From the NCBI GenBank assembly GCA_964387925.1, contig CAYLXF010000007.1, positions 17,270-81,269 of the forward strand: 64,000 nucleotides of DNA. Direction: 5' to 3'. Numbering within the stretch: position 1 is the first letter of the stretch; each line of letters opens with the position of its first letter. The notes beneath the pieces are model-generated. The model was not told where the DNA came from. It saw nothing but the letters and a program-made list of their open reading frames with translations, and did not search any database. Origin of the DNA: an uncultured Phycisphaeraceae bacterium (lineage in GTDB: Bacteria > Planctomycetota > Phycisphaerae > Phycisphaerales > UBA1924). This document shows positions 53,623 through 62,205 of the stretch, one piece after another. The translations under genes and the position numbers were made by a program.

Positions 53623-54060
53623 TTACTCGTAGATGTAGTCCGGCCCGCGCCACTGCTGCCACTTCTTGAGACGGAAGCGCCAGAAGTTCTCCTCGAAGTT
53701 CTTCTGGGCCTCGGGCGACCAGTTCTGGAAGGCCGGGAGCATCCGGGCCTCGGAGGCCACGCGACGCAGCAGGTCCTCGGCTTCCTGCACGGTCAGCGGC
53801 TCGGCCTCGCCCGAGCGAATCGACGCATGCAGCAGGTCCTGGTACATCGCGTTGAGATGGGCGTAGTCCTCGAGGGTGGTCTCGGTCATGGGCTCCTGGT
53901 TGAGCCGCATCGCCTCGGCGCGGAGGATGGTGTCGACCGCACGCGCCTGGTGGCGCTGCCCGGTGGTCCGCTCGACGCGGCAGCCGGTGGAGACCGTCAG
54001 CAGTGCGATCCCCACGAGGAGGGCTGCTGATTTCACGATTGCTTTGCCTGTGCGATTCAT
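53623..54060 (-). CDS. lipoprotein of unknown function
   Basis: Inner ATG (MNRTGKAIVKSAALLVGIALLTVSTGC) gives a lipobox LTVSTG|C. A helical body follows (…LEDYAHLNAMYQDLLHASIRSGEAEPLTVQEAEDLLRRV…). Confidence 0.6.
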   Translation of the reverse strand: MNRTGKAIVKSAALLVGIALLTVSTGCRVERTTGQRHQARAVDTILRAEAMRLNQEPMTETTLEDYAHLNAMYQDLLHASIRSGEAEPLTVQEAEDLLRRVASEARMLPAFQNWSPEAQKNFEENFWRFRLKKWQQWRGPDYIYE

Positions 54061-54152
54061 ACTCTCTCCATCGGTTCTCGGACCGCGACCCGTGAACAAT
54101 ATACCCACCATCAGGGAGGAAGGTTCACGACTTCATCGGCCCGAATCGTCCC

Positions 54153-55385
54153 TTACGATAGCGCCAGTCGGCACATCATCTCCATCCCGATCCCGATCGC
54201 CCCGTCATTGAAGTCGAAGCCCGGGGTGTGCAGCCCCGGGTAGGGTCTGGCGTCGGACTCGCTCAGCCCCAGCAGAAAGAAGCAGCTGGGGACCCTGAGG
54301 GCATAGTAGGCGAAGTCCTCTCCGCCCATCGTGGGTTCTTTCATCGTCACGAACTCATTCGTAAGTTCAGCTTTCTGAGCAACTTGCGCCACGCGTCGGG
54401 CCTCGGCTGGGTCGTTGTATGTGACGGGGTAGCCGTCGTGCCAGTCGATGTGGGCGGCGGAGCCCAGCGCCCGGCACCCCCGCTCGACCAGCTCGAAGAA
54501 CCGGGCCTTGGTCTTGGTCCGGGTGTCCATGTCCAGCGTCCGGATCGTGCCGCGTAGCGCGCAGGTCTGGGGGATGACATTGTACGCGCTCCCCGCGTGG
54601 ACCGAGGCGAAGGTGACCACCACCGAGTCGGTGGGGCGGGTCGTGCGCGACGCGATCGTCTGGGCCATCGAGATGATCTGGGCCGCCGCGACCACGGGAT
54701 CGACGCACAGGTGGGGGTAGGCGGCGTGCCCCTGCTTGCCCTCGATGACGATGTCGAAGGTGTCGGTCGCCGCCAGCAGCGGGCCGGGGCGGGTGGCGAT
54801 CGTGCCCAGGAGCAGGTCGGGCCAGCCGTGGAGGCCGTACATGCGCGCGACGGGAGGCCCGAACCCATTGGATTCATCCCCGTCCAGCGCCCCGTCGCGG
54901 CACATCTTGTCCCCGCCCCCGCCGCCCTCCTCGGCGGGCTGGAACACCAGCGTCACGGGGTTGGGACGGTGCTCAAGCTGCGACAGCACCCGCGCGACCC
55001 CCAGCAGGATCGCCGTGTGCCCGTCGTGCCCGCAGGCGTGCATCTGGCCGGGTCTGGTTGATTTGTATTTCAGCTCGCCTGCTTCCTCGATGGGCAGCGC
55101 GTCCATGTCGGCCCGCAGCCCGATGCAGTCGCCGGGGCGATCGACCGTCGCGGGGATGTGCGCGAGCACGCCGAAGCCCGTCCCCGGCTCGCGTCCGCCC
55201 ATGTTCGTGCGGAAGGTGACGCCCAGGCGAGTGAGTTCGTCCTGCACGACCTTGGAAGTGCGCTCCTCGGTGAACAGGATCTCGGGGTGGGCGTGCAGAT
55301 CATGGCGGATCGCGGTGATCTCGTCCAGATGGGGCGTGATGAGCGAGGCGAGATCGGGCGTCGCGGTGGTCGTGGTGAAGGGCAT
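54153..55385 (-). CDS. M20-family amidohydrolase (N-acyl-L-amino-acid amidohydrolase / hippurate hydrolase-like)
   Basis: IRHDLHAHPEILFTEERTS, GQMHACGHDGHTAILLG, FQPAEEGGGG, GGEDFAYY. Confidence 0.9.
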   Translation of the reverse strand: MPFTTTTATPDLASLITPHLDEITAIRHDLHAHPEILFTEERTSKVVQDELTRLGVTFRTNMGGREPGTGFGVLAHIPATVDRPGDCIGLRADMDALPIEEAGELKYKSTRPGQMHACGHDGHTAILLGVARVLSQLEHRPNPVTLVFQPAEEGGGGGDKMCRDGALDGDESNGFGPPVARMYGLHGWPDLLLGTIATRPGPLLAATDTFDIVIEGKQGHAAYPHLCVDPVVAAAQIISMAQTIASRTTRPTDSVVVTFASVHAGSAYNVIPQTCALRGTIRTLDMDTRTKTKARFFELVERGCRALGSAAHIDWHDGYPVTYNDPAEARRVAQVAQKAELTNEFVTMKEPTMGGEDFAYYALRVPSCFFLLGLSESDARPYPGLHTPGFDFNDGAIGIGMEMMCRLALS

Positions 55386-55568
55386 GGGAGAGTTTAGACG
55401 AAAGTCAAGTGAGGAGAGCTAATGCATTTTCACGGTTCCTTCAATATAGACAAAAATTAAAAAATCGGAGGAATCGAGTTGCGTCACGGGGGGGGGAGTA
55501 GTCTGGGTTAGATCCCGGGGAACGGTATCGGCGCGTGGTACGATGAACACTCGCTAAAGGAGAAAATA

Positions 55569-56630
55569 ATGAACACGGTAATGAGTTGGGTACGGGGACA
55601 CCTTGAATATTCGAATCCTATTTTCGGGCTCCTCTTGATCCTGAATCTGATGGTCTTCCCGGTTTATCGTGCCAGCGCGGCCCTGGCCCAGCCCGTGCAA
55701 CCGATGGCAGAGACCGCGGAGCAGATTTCAGATGCGCTTGATGCGGTAGAGGTGGGCGCGACCATAGAGCAGGCCTTCGGGGTGCAGCCGGTTCCTATAC
55801 GAGATTGGGGTGCGGATCAAAAATATTTTTATGAAGCATTGTTTAATGTGCCTTACGATCAAAACGATGCTGTGTATATCCTCCTCACTGAGATTTCAGA
55901 GACAGACGAATTCCAGTCTGTCTCGCTGGAGACGCCTGATGGAAACCCGTTTTCATTGCAAATTCATCTGATTTCTGAATACGATTACACGAATGACGAT
56001 CAGTTGTCAAGCCAAGACGCAAACGAGCTCGCCGCTGTAAATGCCAGTATCTTTAGTTTCATTGGTACGGCCGCCAGCCAGTTTGATAGCTTGAACATCA
56101 ACGGGCTCGTGATTCAAGCTGCCCGGGCGGATGGAGGTCGAAATAGATTTATTCTCATCGGCGGGTATGTCGATGGAGAAGTAGTTAATAGTTTAATTTT
56201 AACTCATCTATATGTTGATATCGCAGGAATCTCGCCTGTCGGAGAGATACAAAACTGCGAAGATGCATTTAATCAGGCGCTAAGCACCTATTCTGGATCG
56301 CTTTCCGATGCAAGGTCTAATCTGAAATCCTGCCAAGATACCGCGGCAGCGTCAGCGATTCACAGCCTTGCGGATTGTTTGCGGCTGGCTGGCGGGAGCG
56401 GTGTGGCGGCGGGGATTGCTGCGAGCAGCGGACCCGTGGGAGCGATCGCAGCTCTGATTGTATTTTCAGTGTGTGGAATTGCGGCGGCTGCGGACATGGC
56501 GACGGATTTGTGGCAGTGCTCGAACGCGTATAAAGCCGCAGTAGCTGCCGCTCAGAATGCGTTTGCAGCGGCGAAAGCCGCCGCTAGAGCCACCTTCGGC
56601 GTTGAGAACTGCCCCGGCGATCCGGTGTGA
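55569..56630 (+). CDS. exported protein of unknown family with Cys-rich C-terminal region and Gly/Ala-zipper hydrophobic segment (low-GC cassette gene 1)
   Basis: AAAGGAG lies 7 nt before the ATG. Signal peptide …LMVFPVYRASAALAQP. Codons end mostly in A/T. C-terminus: …NCEDAF…KSCQD…[86 protein letters not shown]. Confidence 0.7.
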   Translation: MNTVMSWVRGHLEYSNPIFGLLLILNLMVFPVYRASAALAQPVQPMAETAEQISDALDAVEVGATIEQAFGVQPVPIRDWGADQKYFYEALFNVPYDQNDAVYILLTEISETDEFQSVSLETPDGNPFSLQIHLISEYDYTNDDQLSSQDANELAAVNASIFSFIGTAASQFDSLNINGLVIQAARADGGRNRFILIGGYVDGEVVNSLILTHLYVDIAGISPVGEIQNCEDAFNQALSTYSGSLSDARSNLKSCQDTAAASAIHSLADCLRLAGGSGVAAGIAASSGPVGAIAALIVFSVCGIAAAADMATDLWQCSNAYKAAVAAAQNAFAAAKAAARATFGVENCPGDPV

Positions 56631-56669
56631 TGATTGCCGGGCGGAGTTATCTGTAAAAAATGAGTAAAT

Positions 56670-57245
56670 ATGTTTAACATGGACAATTACATGATTTGGA
56701 ATACCCTATTCGCAGCCATGTTTTTGCCATTGTTTTTTATACTGCTGAGGCATCGGATTATGACTTATCCGCATATATCCTCTCGGGCCGGTCCAAGTCA
56801 TTTCGCGTTCGTCGAACCTATAAGGCTGAGGTCCGGATTCGGGTGGGATGCGGGTCGGATCGCTTGCTTGACAGTAATCCTGTTTTCCGCCGCATTGTTC
56901 GCTTATGACCACCGGCGGTTTAGTGCTGAATCCTTCTTGGGTTTTCAAGCAAACAGCATCGTAAAGGATTCTATCACTTTGTCCTTTTTTTATCTTCCGT
57001 TCTATGCTCTGGGCTGGGAGCCATGGAAACTCGGAGCCATACTGGCTGACACTGAAAAAATTTCTGTACCTTGTGCTATGAGGGTAAAGCGATTTGATCG
57101 TGGTTCCACGAGGGTCTGGATTAGACCAGTCAGCAAGAACATACACCAATGCGTGCTTTCCCAAGGTCGAGCTACAGCCATGTTCTGTCTGAACGATGAA
57201 TCAGCGGTGTTTCTCCGCCTTTGGGCGTCGCATGAAACAGGTTAG
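56670..57245 (+). CDS. small polytopic membrane protein of unknown family (low-GC cassette gene 2)
   Basis: 191 aa with predicted TM helices (IWNTLFAAMFLPLFFILL; IACLTVILFSAALFAY; ITLSFFYLPFYALGW) and a ~70-aa soluble tail. There is no clear Shine-Dalgarno, so the start is uncertain (ATGs at codons 1, 4 and 8). Confidence 0.5.
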   Translation: MFNMDNYMIWNTLFAAMFLPLFFILLRHRIMTYPHISSRAGPSHFAFVEPIRLRSGFGWDAGRIACLTVILFSAALFAYDHRRFSAESFLGFQANSIVKDSITLSFFYLPFYALGWEPWKLGAILADTEKISVPCAMRVKRFDRGSTRVWIRPVSKNIHQCVLSQGRATAMFCLNDESAVFLRLWASHETG

Positions 57246-57269
57246 CGGCGTGGCGCCCGTATGCGTGAT

Positions 57270-58304
57270 TCACGCCGCGGCGGTGTAGCGCAGCTGGGCC
57301 TGATCCTCGATGAACCGGCGCGCCACCTGCTCGAGGTCCATGAGCTTGAGGCTCGTGTGATCATCGTGCTGGTTGTGGGCGCGGATCGCGTTGAACTCCG
57401 CCTCATTAGCGAAGAACGCGTCGGCGACGCTCGGGTCGAAGTGCGTCCCGCGCAGGTCGCGGATCAGCTCGGCCGTCTGCTCGTGGGTCATGGCGTCTTT
57501 GTAGATACGCCTGCTGGTGACGGCGTCGTAGAAATCCGCCAGCGCCACGATCCGCGCCGGCAGCGAGATGTCCTCGCCGCCGAGCCCGAACGGATACCCG
57601 GTGCCGTCCCACTTCTCGTGGTGCTGGAGGGCGATCTCCACGCCCATGTCGATGAACCCGTCGCCGCCGAGCTTGGCGCGGATCGCCAGCAGGGTGTCGG
57701 CGCCGATGAGCGTGTGCTTCTCCATCACCTCGCGCTCCTCGCGGGTCAGACGCGCGGGCTTGAGCAGGATCGAGTCAGGGATCCCCACCTTGCCGATGTC
57801 GTGCAGCGACGAGGCGAGCACGAGGCGGTCGATCCACTTGGCGTCGATGATGTCGGGATAGCGCGTGCGCAACGCGTCCGCGACGATTCGCGCGTACAGC
57901 CCGATCCGCTCCAGGTGGGCCCCCGTGTCCGTGTCGCGGTAGTCGGCCAGCTTGGCCAGCCCGAAGATCAGGGCGTTGCGCTTGGCCAGCCCCGCCGTCA
58001 CCTGGCGCGCCACCTCGGCGCTGAGCTCGCGGTTGGCCTGCTCGAGCGTGTCGCGGTATCGCTTGGAGGCCAGGAACATGATCAGGGCCGTGAGCGTGAA
58101 CACGCTGAAGGCGATGGACACGCGGAACACGAACAGCCGGTCGGCGGCCGACATCGAGAGGCTGAACTCACGCCGCACCCAGGCGTCCACGGCGAACTCA
58201 CCGGCCATCAGGACCGCCGCCTGGAAGATCAGTATCCCCAGCAGGAACGATCGCCGGTCCTTGGGCCTGAACTGCCATTCGAGTTTCTTCCTGGCGGTGC
58301 TCAC
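57270..58304 (-). CDS. membrane-anchored HD-GYP domain protein (putative c-di-GMP phosphodiesterase)
   Basis: Two N-terminal TM helices, then HDIGKVGIPDSILLKPARLT…HHEKWDGTGYPFGL…ARIVALADFYDAVTSRRIYK. Confidence 0.9.
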   Translation of the reverse strand: MSTARKKLEWQFRPKDRRSFLLGILIFQAAVLMAGEFAVDAWVRREFSLSMSAADRLFVFRVSIAFSVFTLTALIMFLASKRYRDTLEQANRELSAEVARQVTAGLAKRNALIFGLAKLADYRDTDTGAHLERIGLYARIVADALRTRYPDIIDAKWIDRLVLASSLHDIGKVGIPDSILLKPARLTREEREVMEKHTLIGADTLLAIRAKLGGDGFIDMGVEIALQHHEKWDGTGYPFGLGGEDISLPARIVALADFYDAVTSRRIYKDAMTHEQTAELIRDLRGTHFDPSVADAFFANEAEFNAIRAHNQHDDHTSLKLMDLEQVARRFIEDQAQLRYTAAA

Positions 58305-58416
58305 GGGGCCTGCATCGGGCCGACGGGTTCCGGCCTTGCCCCGGCGCCGGATCGAAACCCGGGACCGCGGCGGAGACCGGGAGGGATGCGCCGATCAGGG
58401 CAGCCGGCCATGCTGT

Positions 58417-59478
58417 TTACGGACCCTCAAGCACACGCTCGCACGCGTCCATCGCCGCGGGGGCCAGATCGGCGGCCCCCCGATAATCAGGCAGACGGCC
58501 GATGTCCAGCACCCGGTCGGCGAACTCGGCGCGCAGCGCCGGATCGACCGGCGTGTTGTGCGTGGTCGATTCCCAGAGCAGGCGCTCGACCGTCGGCGAG
58601 ACGAGATAGGCCGCCAGGCGTCGTGCGGCGTCGGGGTGGGGCGCGTTCCTGGCCACCGCCACCGTGTTGGGGATCAGCGTGGGCCCCGCGCCGGGCCAGC
58701 GCGGGTCGCCCTCCGCGCTCTCGTAGGCCAGATCAACTTTCCACCCGTTCTCCCGCCCGGCCCAGATGTCGTCGGTGTCGGTCAGCCCCACATCGATCTC
58801 GCCCATCGACAGCGCCCGCACCACCGTCGCGTTCCCGTCGTACAGACGAACGCCGTTGTCGCGCAGCGCCTCCAGCCAGGACTCGAAGCCCTCCAGGCCC
58901 CAGCGCTGGGCCAGAATCGCCATGTGGATGCGCGTGGTGCCGAACTGCGGGCGCGCCATGCCGATGCGACCCTGGTACGTCGGGTCCGCCAGCGCCGCCA
59001 GGGCCGTCGGCGGCTGGCCGACGCGGTCGCTGGCGAAGCCGATCACCCGCGCCCGCACCGCGATCCCCACCCACGACCAGTCATCCGCCCGCAGCTGCTC
59101 GGGCCAGTCCTCGCCCACCGTTCCCTCCATCGCCCCCGCTTCCAGCACGCCCTCGGCGTCGAGCCGGATCGTCCCCATCGGCTCGCTGGACCACCACACA
59201 TCGGCCGTCGGATCGCCCTTCTCCGCCAGCAGACGCGCCACCAGCCCGGTGGTCTTGGTCGCCTCGGTGTCGCCCAGCACCCGGACCTCGATCCCGGTTT
59301 CCTTTTCAAACGCGTCCACCACCATGCGCGCGAAGATGTCGTCCACGCTGGTGTAGAGCGTGACGGTCCGCGTGCTCGTGGGCGTCGCGTCGGACCCGGT
59401 GCTGTTTGATTCGGAGCATGAGACGAGCGTGAGGCCCAGAAGCACGATGGGCAACGAAAAGGCATGTGTGAATCGCAT
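58417..59478 (-). CDS. ABC-transporter periplasmic solute-binding lipoprotein (family 1; iron(III)/thiamine-type)
   Basis: Lipobox LGLTLVSC. VTLYTSVDDIFARMVVDAFEKETGIEVRVLGDTEATKTTGLVARLLAE…DVWWSSEP is typical of FbpA/AfuA-like binding proteins. No permease or ATPase gene is adjacent. Confidence 0.85.
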   Translation of the reverse strand: MRFTHAFSLPIVLLGLTLVSCSESNSTGSDATPTSTRTVTLYTSVDDIFARMVVDAFEKETGIEVRVLGDTEATKTTGLVARLLAEKGDPTADVWWSSEPMGTIRLDAEGVLEAGAMEGTVGEDWPEQLRADDWSWVGIAVRARVIGFASDRVGQPPTALAALADPTYQGRIGMARPQFGTTRIHMAILAQRWGLEGFESWLEALRDNGVRLYDGNATVVRALSMGEIDVGLTDTDDIWAGRENGWKVDLAYESAEGDPRWPGAGPTLIPNTVAVARNAPHPDAARRLAAYLVSPTVERLLWESTTHNTPVDPALRAEFADRVLDIGRLPDYRGAADLAPAAMDACERVLEGP

Positions 59479-59561
59479 GGCTCATGGTACCGGCCACGGG
59501 CATGAAAGTCGGGAGCGGAAGTCGGCCACCGGCGCCATGCCCCCGCAGCGCCGCCTCACCC

Positions 59562-59639
59562 GGCGATCTTCATCGCCTCCGCCCCGCACTCCGGGCACAC
59601 CCGCTGCTGCTCGATCGCGTACCCGCACCAGGGGCACAA
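59562..59639 (-). CDS. possible 25-aa zinc-ribbon mini-ORF, or read-through extension of the upstream gene
   Basis: Same frame as 59646-60173, directly after its TGA: …RRATRS*RRLCPWCGYAIEQQRVCPECGAEAMKIAG*. The only candidate start is TTG (L). CxxC-x11-CxxC is a zinc-ribbon pattern. Not in the ORF track (too short). Confidence 0.25.
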
Positions 59640-59645
59640 CCGCCG

Positions 59646-60173
59646 TCAAGATCGAGTGGCCCGGCGAGCCATGATCAACGCCAAGGGGAGGAGAAAGAGC
59701 AAGAACCAGACCGGCGTCACGACCAGCAATGGGTTGACCACCAGGCCCAGCGGCATCAGCGTCGGGCGCGGGTCCGGTTCCGGGCCCTGCAGCGCCGGGT
59801 CGTCCCAGTTCCACCACATCTGCTTGATCTCAATGACCGGAAACGGCCAACCGAGGTGCTGGACCTCCATCGAGAACCCATTCATGTTCTCGGTCGGATT
59901 GGGAACCCTTGCGTCGTACTCGCGGTAGCCGAATGACGACCATGCGGTGATCGAGGTCGGCCCTGTCCACGGTCGGTCATGCGGGGTCTTCGCCGGCCAG
60001 CCGCGCGCGCCCGCCTCCGCCCCGCGGAAATAGAGCGATTGACCCGGTCGCTTCCCCGTGCGCGACCGGATTCTCGTGATCGCGAACGGCACATTGATCG
60101 ACGCCGCGATCAGCACCAGCACGACCAGCGAGCCCACCAGCCAACGCAGCTCGGATGCCTTGATGAATCTCAT
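59646..60173 (-). CDS. bitopic membrane protein of unknown function
   Basis: C-terminal 175 aa of track ORF 59646-60743, starting at MRFIKASELRWLVGSLVVLVLIAASI. It has N- and C-terminal TM helices flanking a Trp-rich domain (…HLGWPFPVIEIKQMWWNWDDPALQG…). The upstream part of the track ORF is a shadow frame inside the next gene. Confidence 0.6.
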   Translation of the reverse strand: MRFIKASELRWLVGSLVVLVLIAASINVPFAITRIRSRTGKRPGQSLYFRGAEAGARGWPAKTPHDRPWTGPTSITAWSSFGYREYDARVPNPTENMNGFSMEVQHLGWPFPVIEIKQMWWNWDDPALQGPEPDPRPTLMPLGLVVNPLLVVTPVWFLLFLLPLALIMARRATRS

Positions 60174-60244
60174 GACCGAGTGTAACAGATACACCGGGGG
60201 GCGCGAGGAAGCCGGCGGTGGTCCGGTCGGCCACCCGGGGTGGC

Positions 60245-62050
60245 TTATTCGCCGCTCTTGTTCTCGCCAGATTTCGCGTCGCTGCCCTGGGGCGCCGGCT
60301 CGGGCTTCTCGCCGCTGGCCTTCTTCGCCTCGTTGTCGAGGCGCCCGAAGTAGTGCTGCACCGCCGCCTCGTGCTTGCGGGGGACGCGCTTGGTCTCGAT
60401 CGCCTCGGCCGCCTGGGTCGTGGCGCTCTCGACGGCGCTGGTGAAGGTGGCCGTCGATTCGCCCTTGATCTGCGATCCCTGCACCATCGTCGAGGCGATC
60501 ACCGGGCCGTCGTTGGTGGTCTGGACCTCGGCCCGCTCCTTCTTGAGCATGAAGTCGGCGGCCTGCGCGTCGGGGCTCTGTCCCATGCCCTTGCCGGAAC
60601 CGCCGGACCCGCTGCCGAAGCCCTGGCTGTCGCCCCGGGAATACTTCCCCGTCCCGCCCCACTTGGCGTCCTCGCCGAAGCCCTGACCGCCACCGCCGCC
60701 GGGGTTGCTGCACTGGCCCAGCTTGCCCAGCTGGCCGCTGCACTCGCCCATCGCCTGCTCCAGCGCGTTCATCTCCTGCTGCATCCGCTCCATGCTGCTC
60801 AGCTGGCCGGACATCGATTCGAGCCCCTCCCCCATCTCGCCCGGGTTGGACTGCTGCATGCCCGAGGCCATCTGCCCCATCGCCTGGGCCATCGAACCGG
60901 CGGCGTCCGACGCACGCTGCTGCGCCTGGGCCGCCTGAGACAGCTGCTGGGCCTGCTCCTCGCTGACGCCGGCCTCTTGAAGCGCCTTCTTGAGCGCCCC
61001 GGGATCGGTCGCCAGCTGCTGGGCCTGCTGCTCGCTCAGGCCCGCGGCCTTGAGCTGCTCCTCGAGCGACTGGCGGTTCTCGGCCATCTTCTCGAGCGCC
61101 TGCTTCATCTGCTCAAGCTGCTCGGCGGCCTGCTGCTTCTGCTCCTCGCTCATCGACCCGTCCTGCGCCGCCTGGGCCATCTGCTCAAGCTGCTTCCGCG
61201 CCTCCTTGAAGTCGCCGCGGGCCATCGCCCGCGCCATCTCGGACATCGGGCCCTCCTTGGGCGTGTTGAGCTGGCGGGTCATGTCACGGATCGCGTCGAA
61301 GGTCGCCCCGTCCTCGTTGTTCCGCTGGTCTTCGAGCTTGTCCGACAGACTGGTCAGCTCCTTGATCGCGCTGCGCGCGATCTCCTGGGGATCGACGAAC
61401 TCGGTCTTCTCGGGGGTCAGCTCGGGGGCGGTCTCGTCGCCCGCGGCTTGAAGGTCGACCCCGGTCCTGGATTTGATCTCCTCGATCATGGCCCTGGTCT
61501 CGTTGACCGTCGCCTTGACCTCCTCGACCTGCGCCTGGTTGGCCCGCTTCAGCTCCTTGCGGGCCAGCAGCCCCGTCACATCCGTCGCTGGGACCCACCA
61601 GACGGCCAACAGCGCCAGGGCCGCGGCCACCGGCATCGGCCAGGCGCGGGGCGTCTCGATGGGCAGCGAGTCGTTGATCACCACCCGCCGGGCCTTGGTC
61701 GAAGCGTCGTCGACGACCGCGCGGGACCACGGGTCCTGGTTCTCGTCGACGCACAGGGCCGTCGAGATGGATTCGCGCAGGTGCGCGCGCTCGTCGATCG
61801 TCCGCGCGACCTGGCCCTCGTCGGGCTTGCGCACCAGCGACGCGATCAGGGCGATGACGACCGTCGCCGCCGCGCCGGCGAGAAAAGCGAGCCCCCAGTC
61901 GAGCGTGAGGGTGGGCACGAACTTCTGAGCGATCCGTATGAGCAGCAGCACGCACAGCACAATGAACGCGCTGACCATGAGCGTGCGCAGCAGGTCGATG
62001 ACGAACAGACGCTTGGCGGCCCGCGCGAGCACATGCTTGATCTCGGTCAT
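60245..62050 (-). CDS. membrane-anchored Gln/Glu/Ala-rich coiled-coil protein
   Basis: Three N-terminal TM helices, then a long coiled coil with repeated …GLSEQQAQQL… / …GVSEEQAQQL… units. A Gly/Ser-rich stretch follows, then a C-terminal block (…ETKRVPRKHEAAVQHYFGRL…). No family assigned with confidence. Confidence 0.7.
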   Translation of the reverse strand: MTEIKHVLARAAKRLFVIDLLRTLMVSAFIVLCVLLLIRIAQKFVPTLTLDWGLAFLAGAAATVVIALIASLVRKPDEGQVARTIDERAHLRESISTALCVDENQDPWSRAVVDDASTKARRVVINDSLPIETPRAWPMPVAAALALLAVWWVPATDVTGLLARKELKRANQAQVEEVKATVNETRAMIEEIKSRTGVDLQAAGDETAPELTPEKTEFVDPQEIARSAIKELTSLSDKLEDQRNNEDGATFDAIRDMTRQLNTPKEGPMSEMARAMARGDFKEARKQLEQMAQAAQDGSMSEEQKQQAAEQLEQMKQALEKMAENRQSLEEQLKAAGLSEQQAQQLATDPGALKKALQEAGVSEEQAQQLSQAAQAQQRASDAAGSMAQAMGQMASGMQQSNPGEMGEGLESMSGQLSSMERMQQEMNALEQAMGECSGQLGKLGQCSNPGGGGGQGFGEDAKWGGTGKYSRGDSQGFGSGSGGSGKGMGQSPDAQAADFMLKKERAEVQTTNDGPVIASTMVQGSQIKGESTATFTSAVESATTQAAEAIETKRVPRKHEAAVQHYFGRLDNEAKKASGEKPEPAPQGSDAKSGENKSGE

Positions 62051-62205
62051 GAAGAATCGCCTTCCTGTGGGGACACCGGCCCCACCTCATCTATTCGGAA
62101 TCGGAGCCCCCGGATCACGCCAAATCCCCGAATTCATACGATACCCGCAATGGGTCGTACCTCCAAGCCTACTCTGCGGTTGCCCGTGCGCGCCTGAGAG
62201 CCCCG

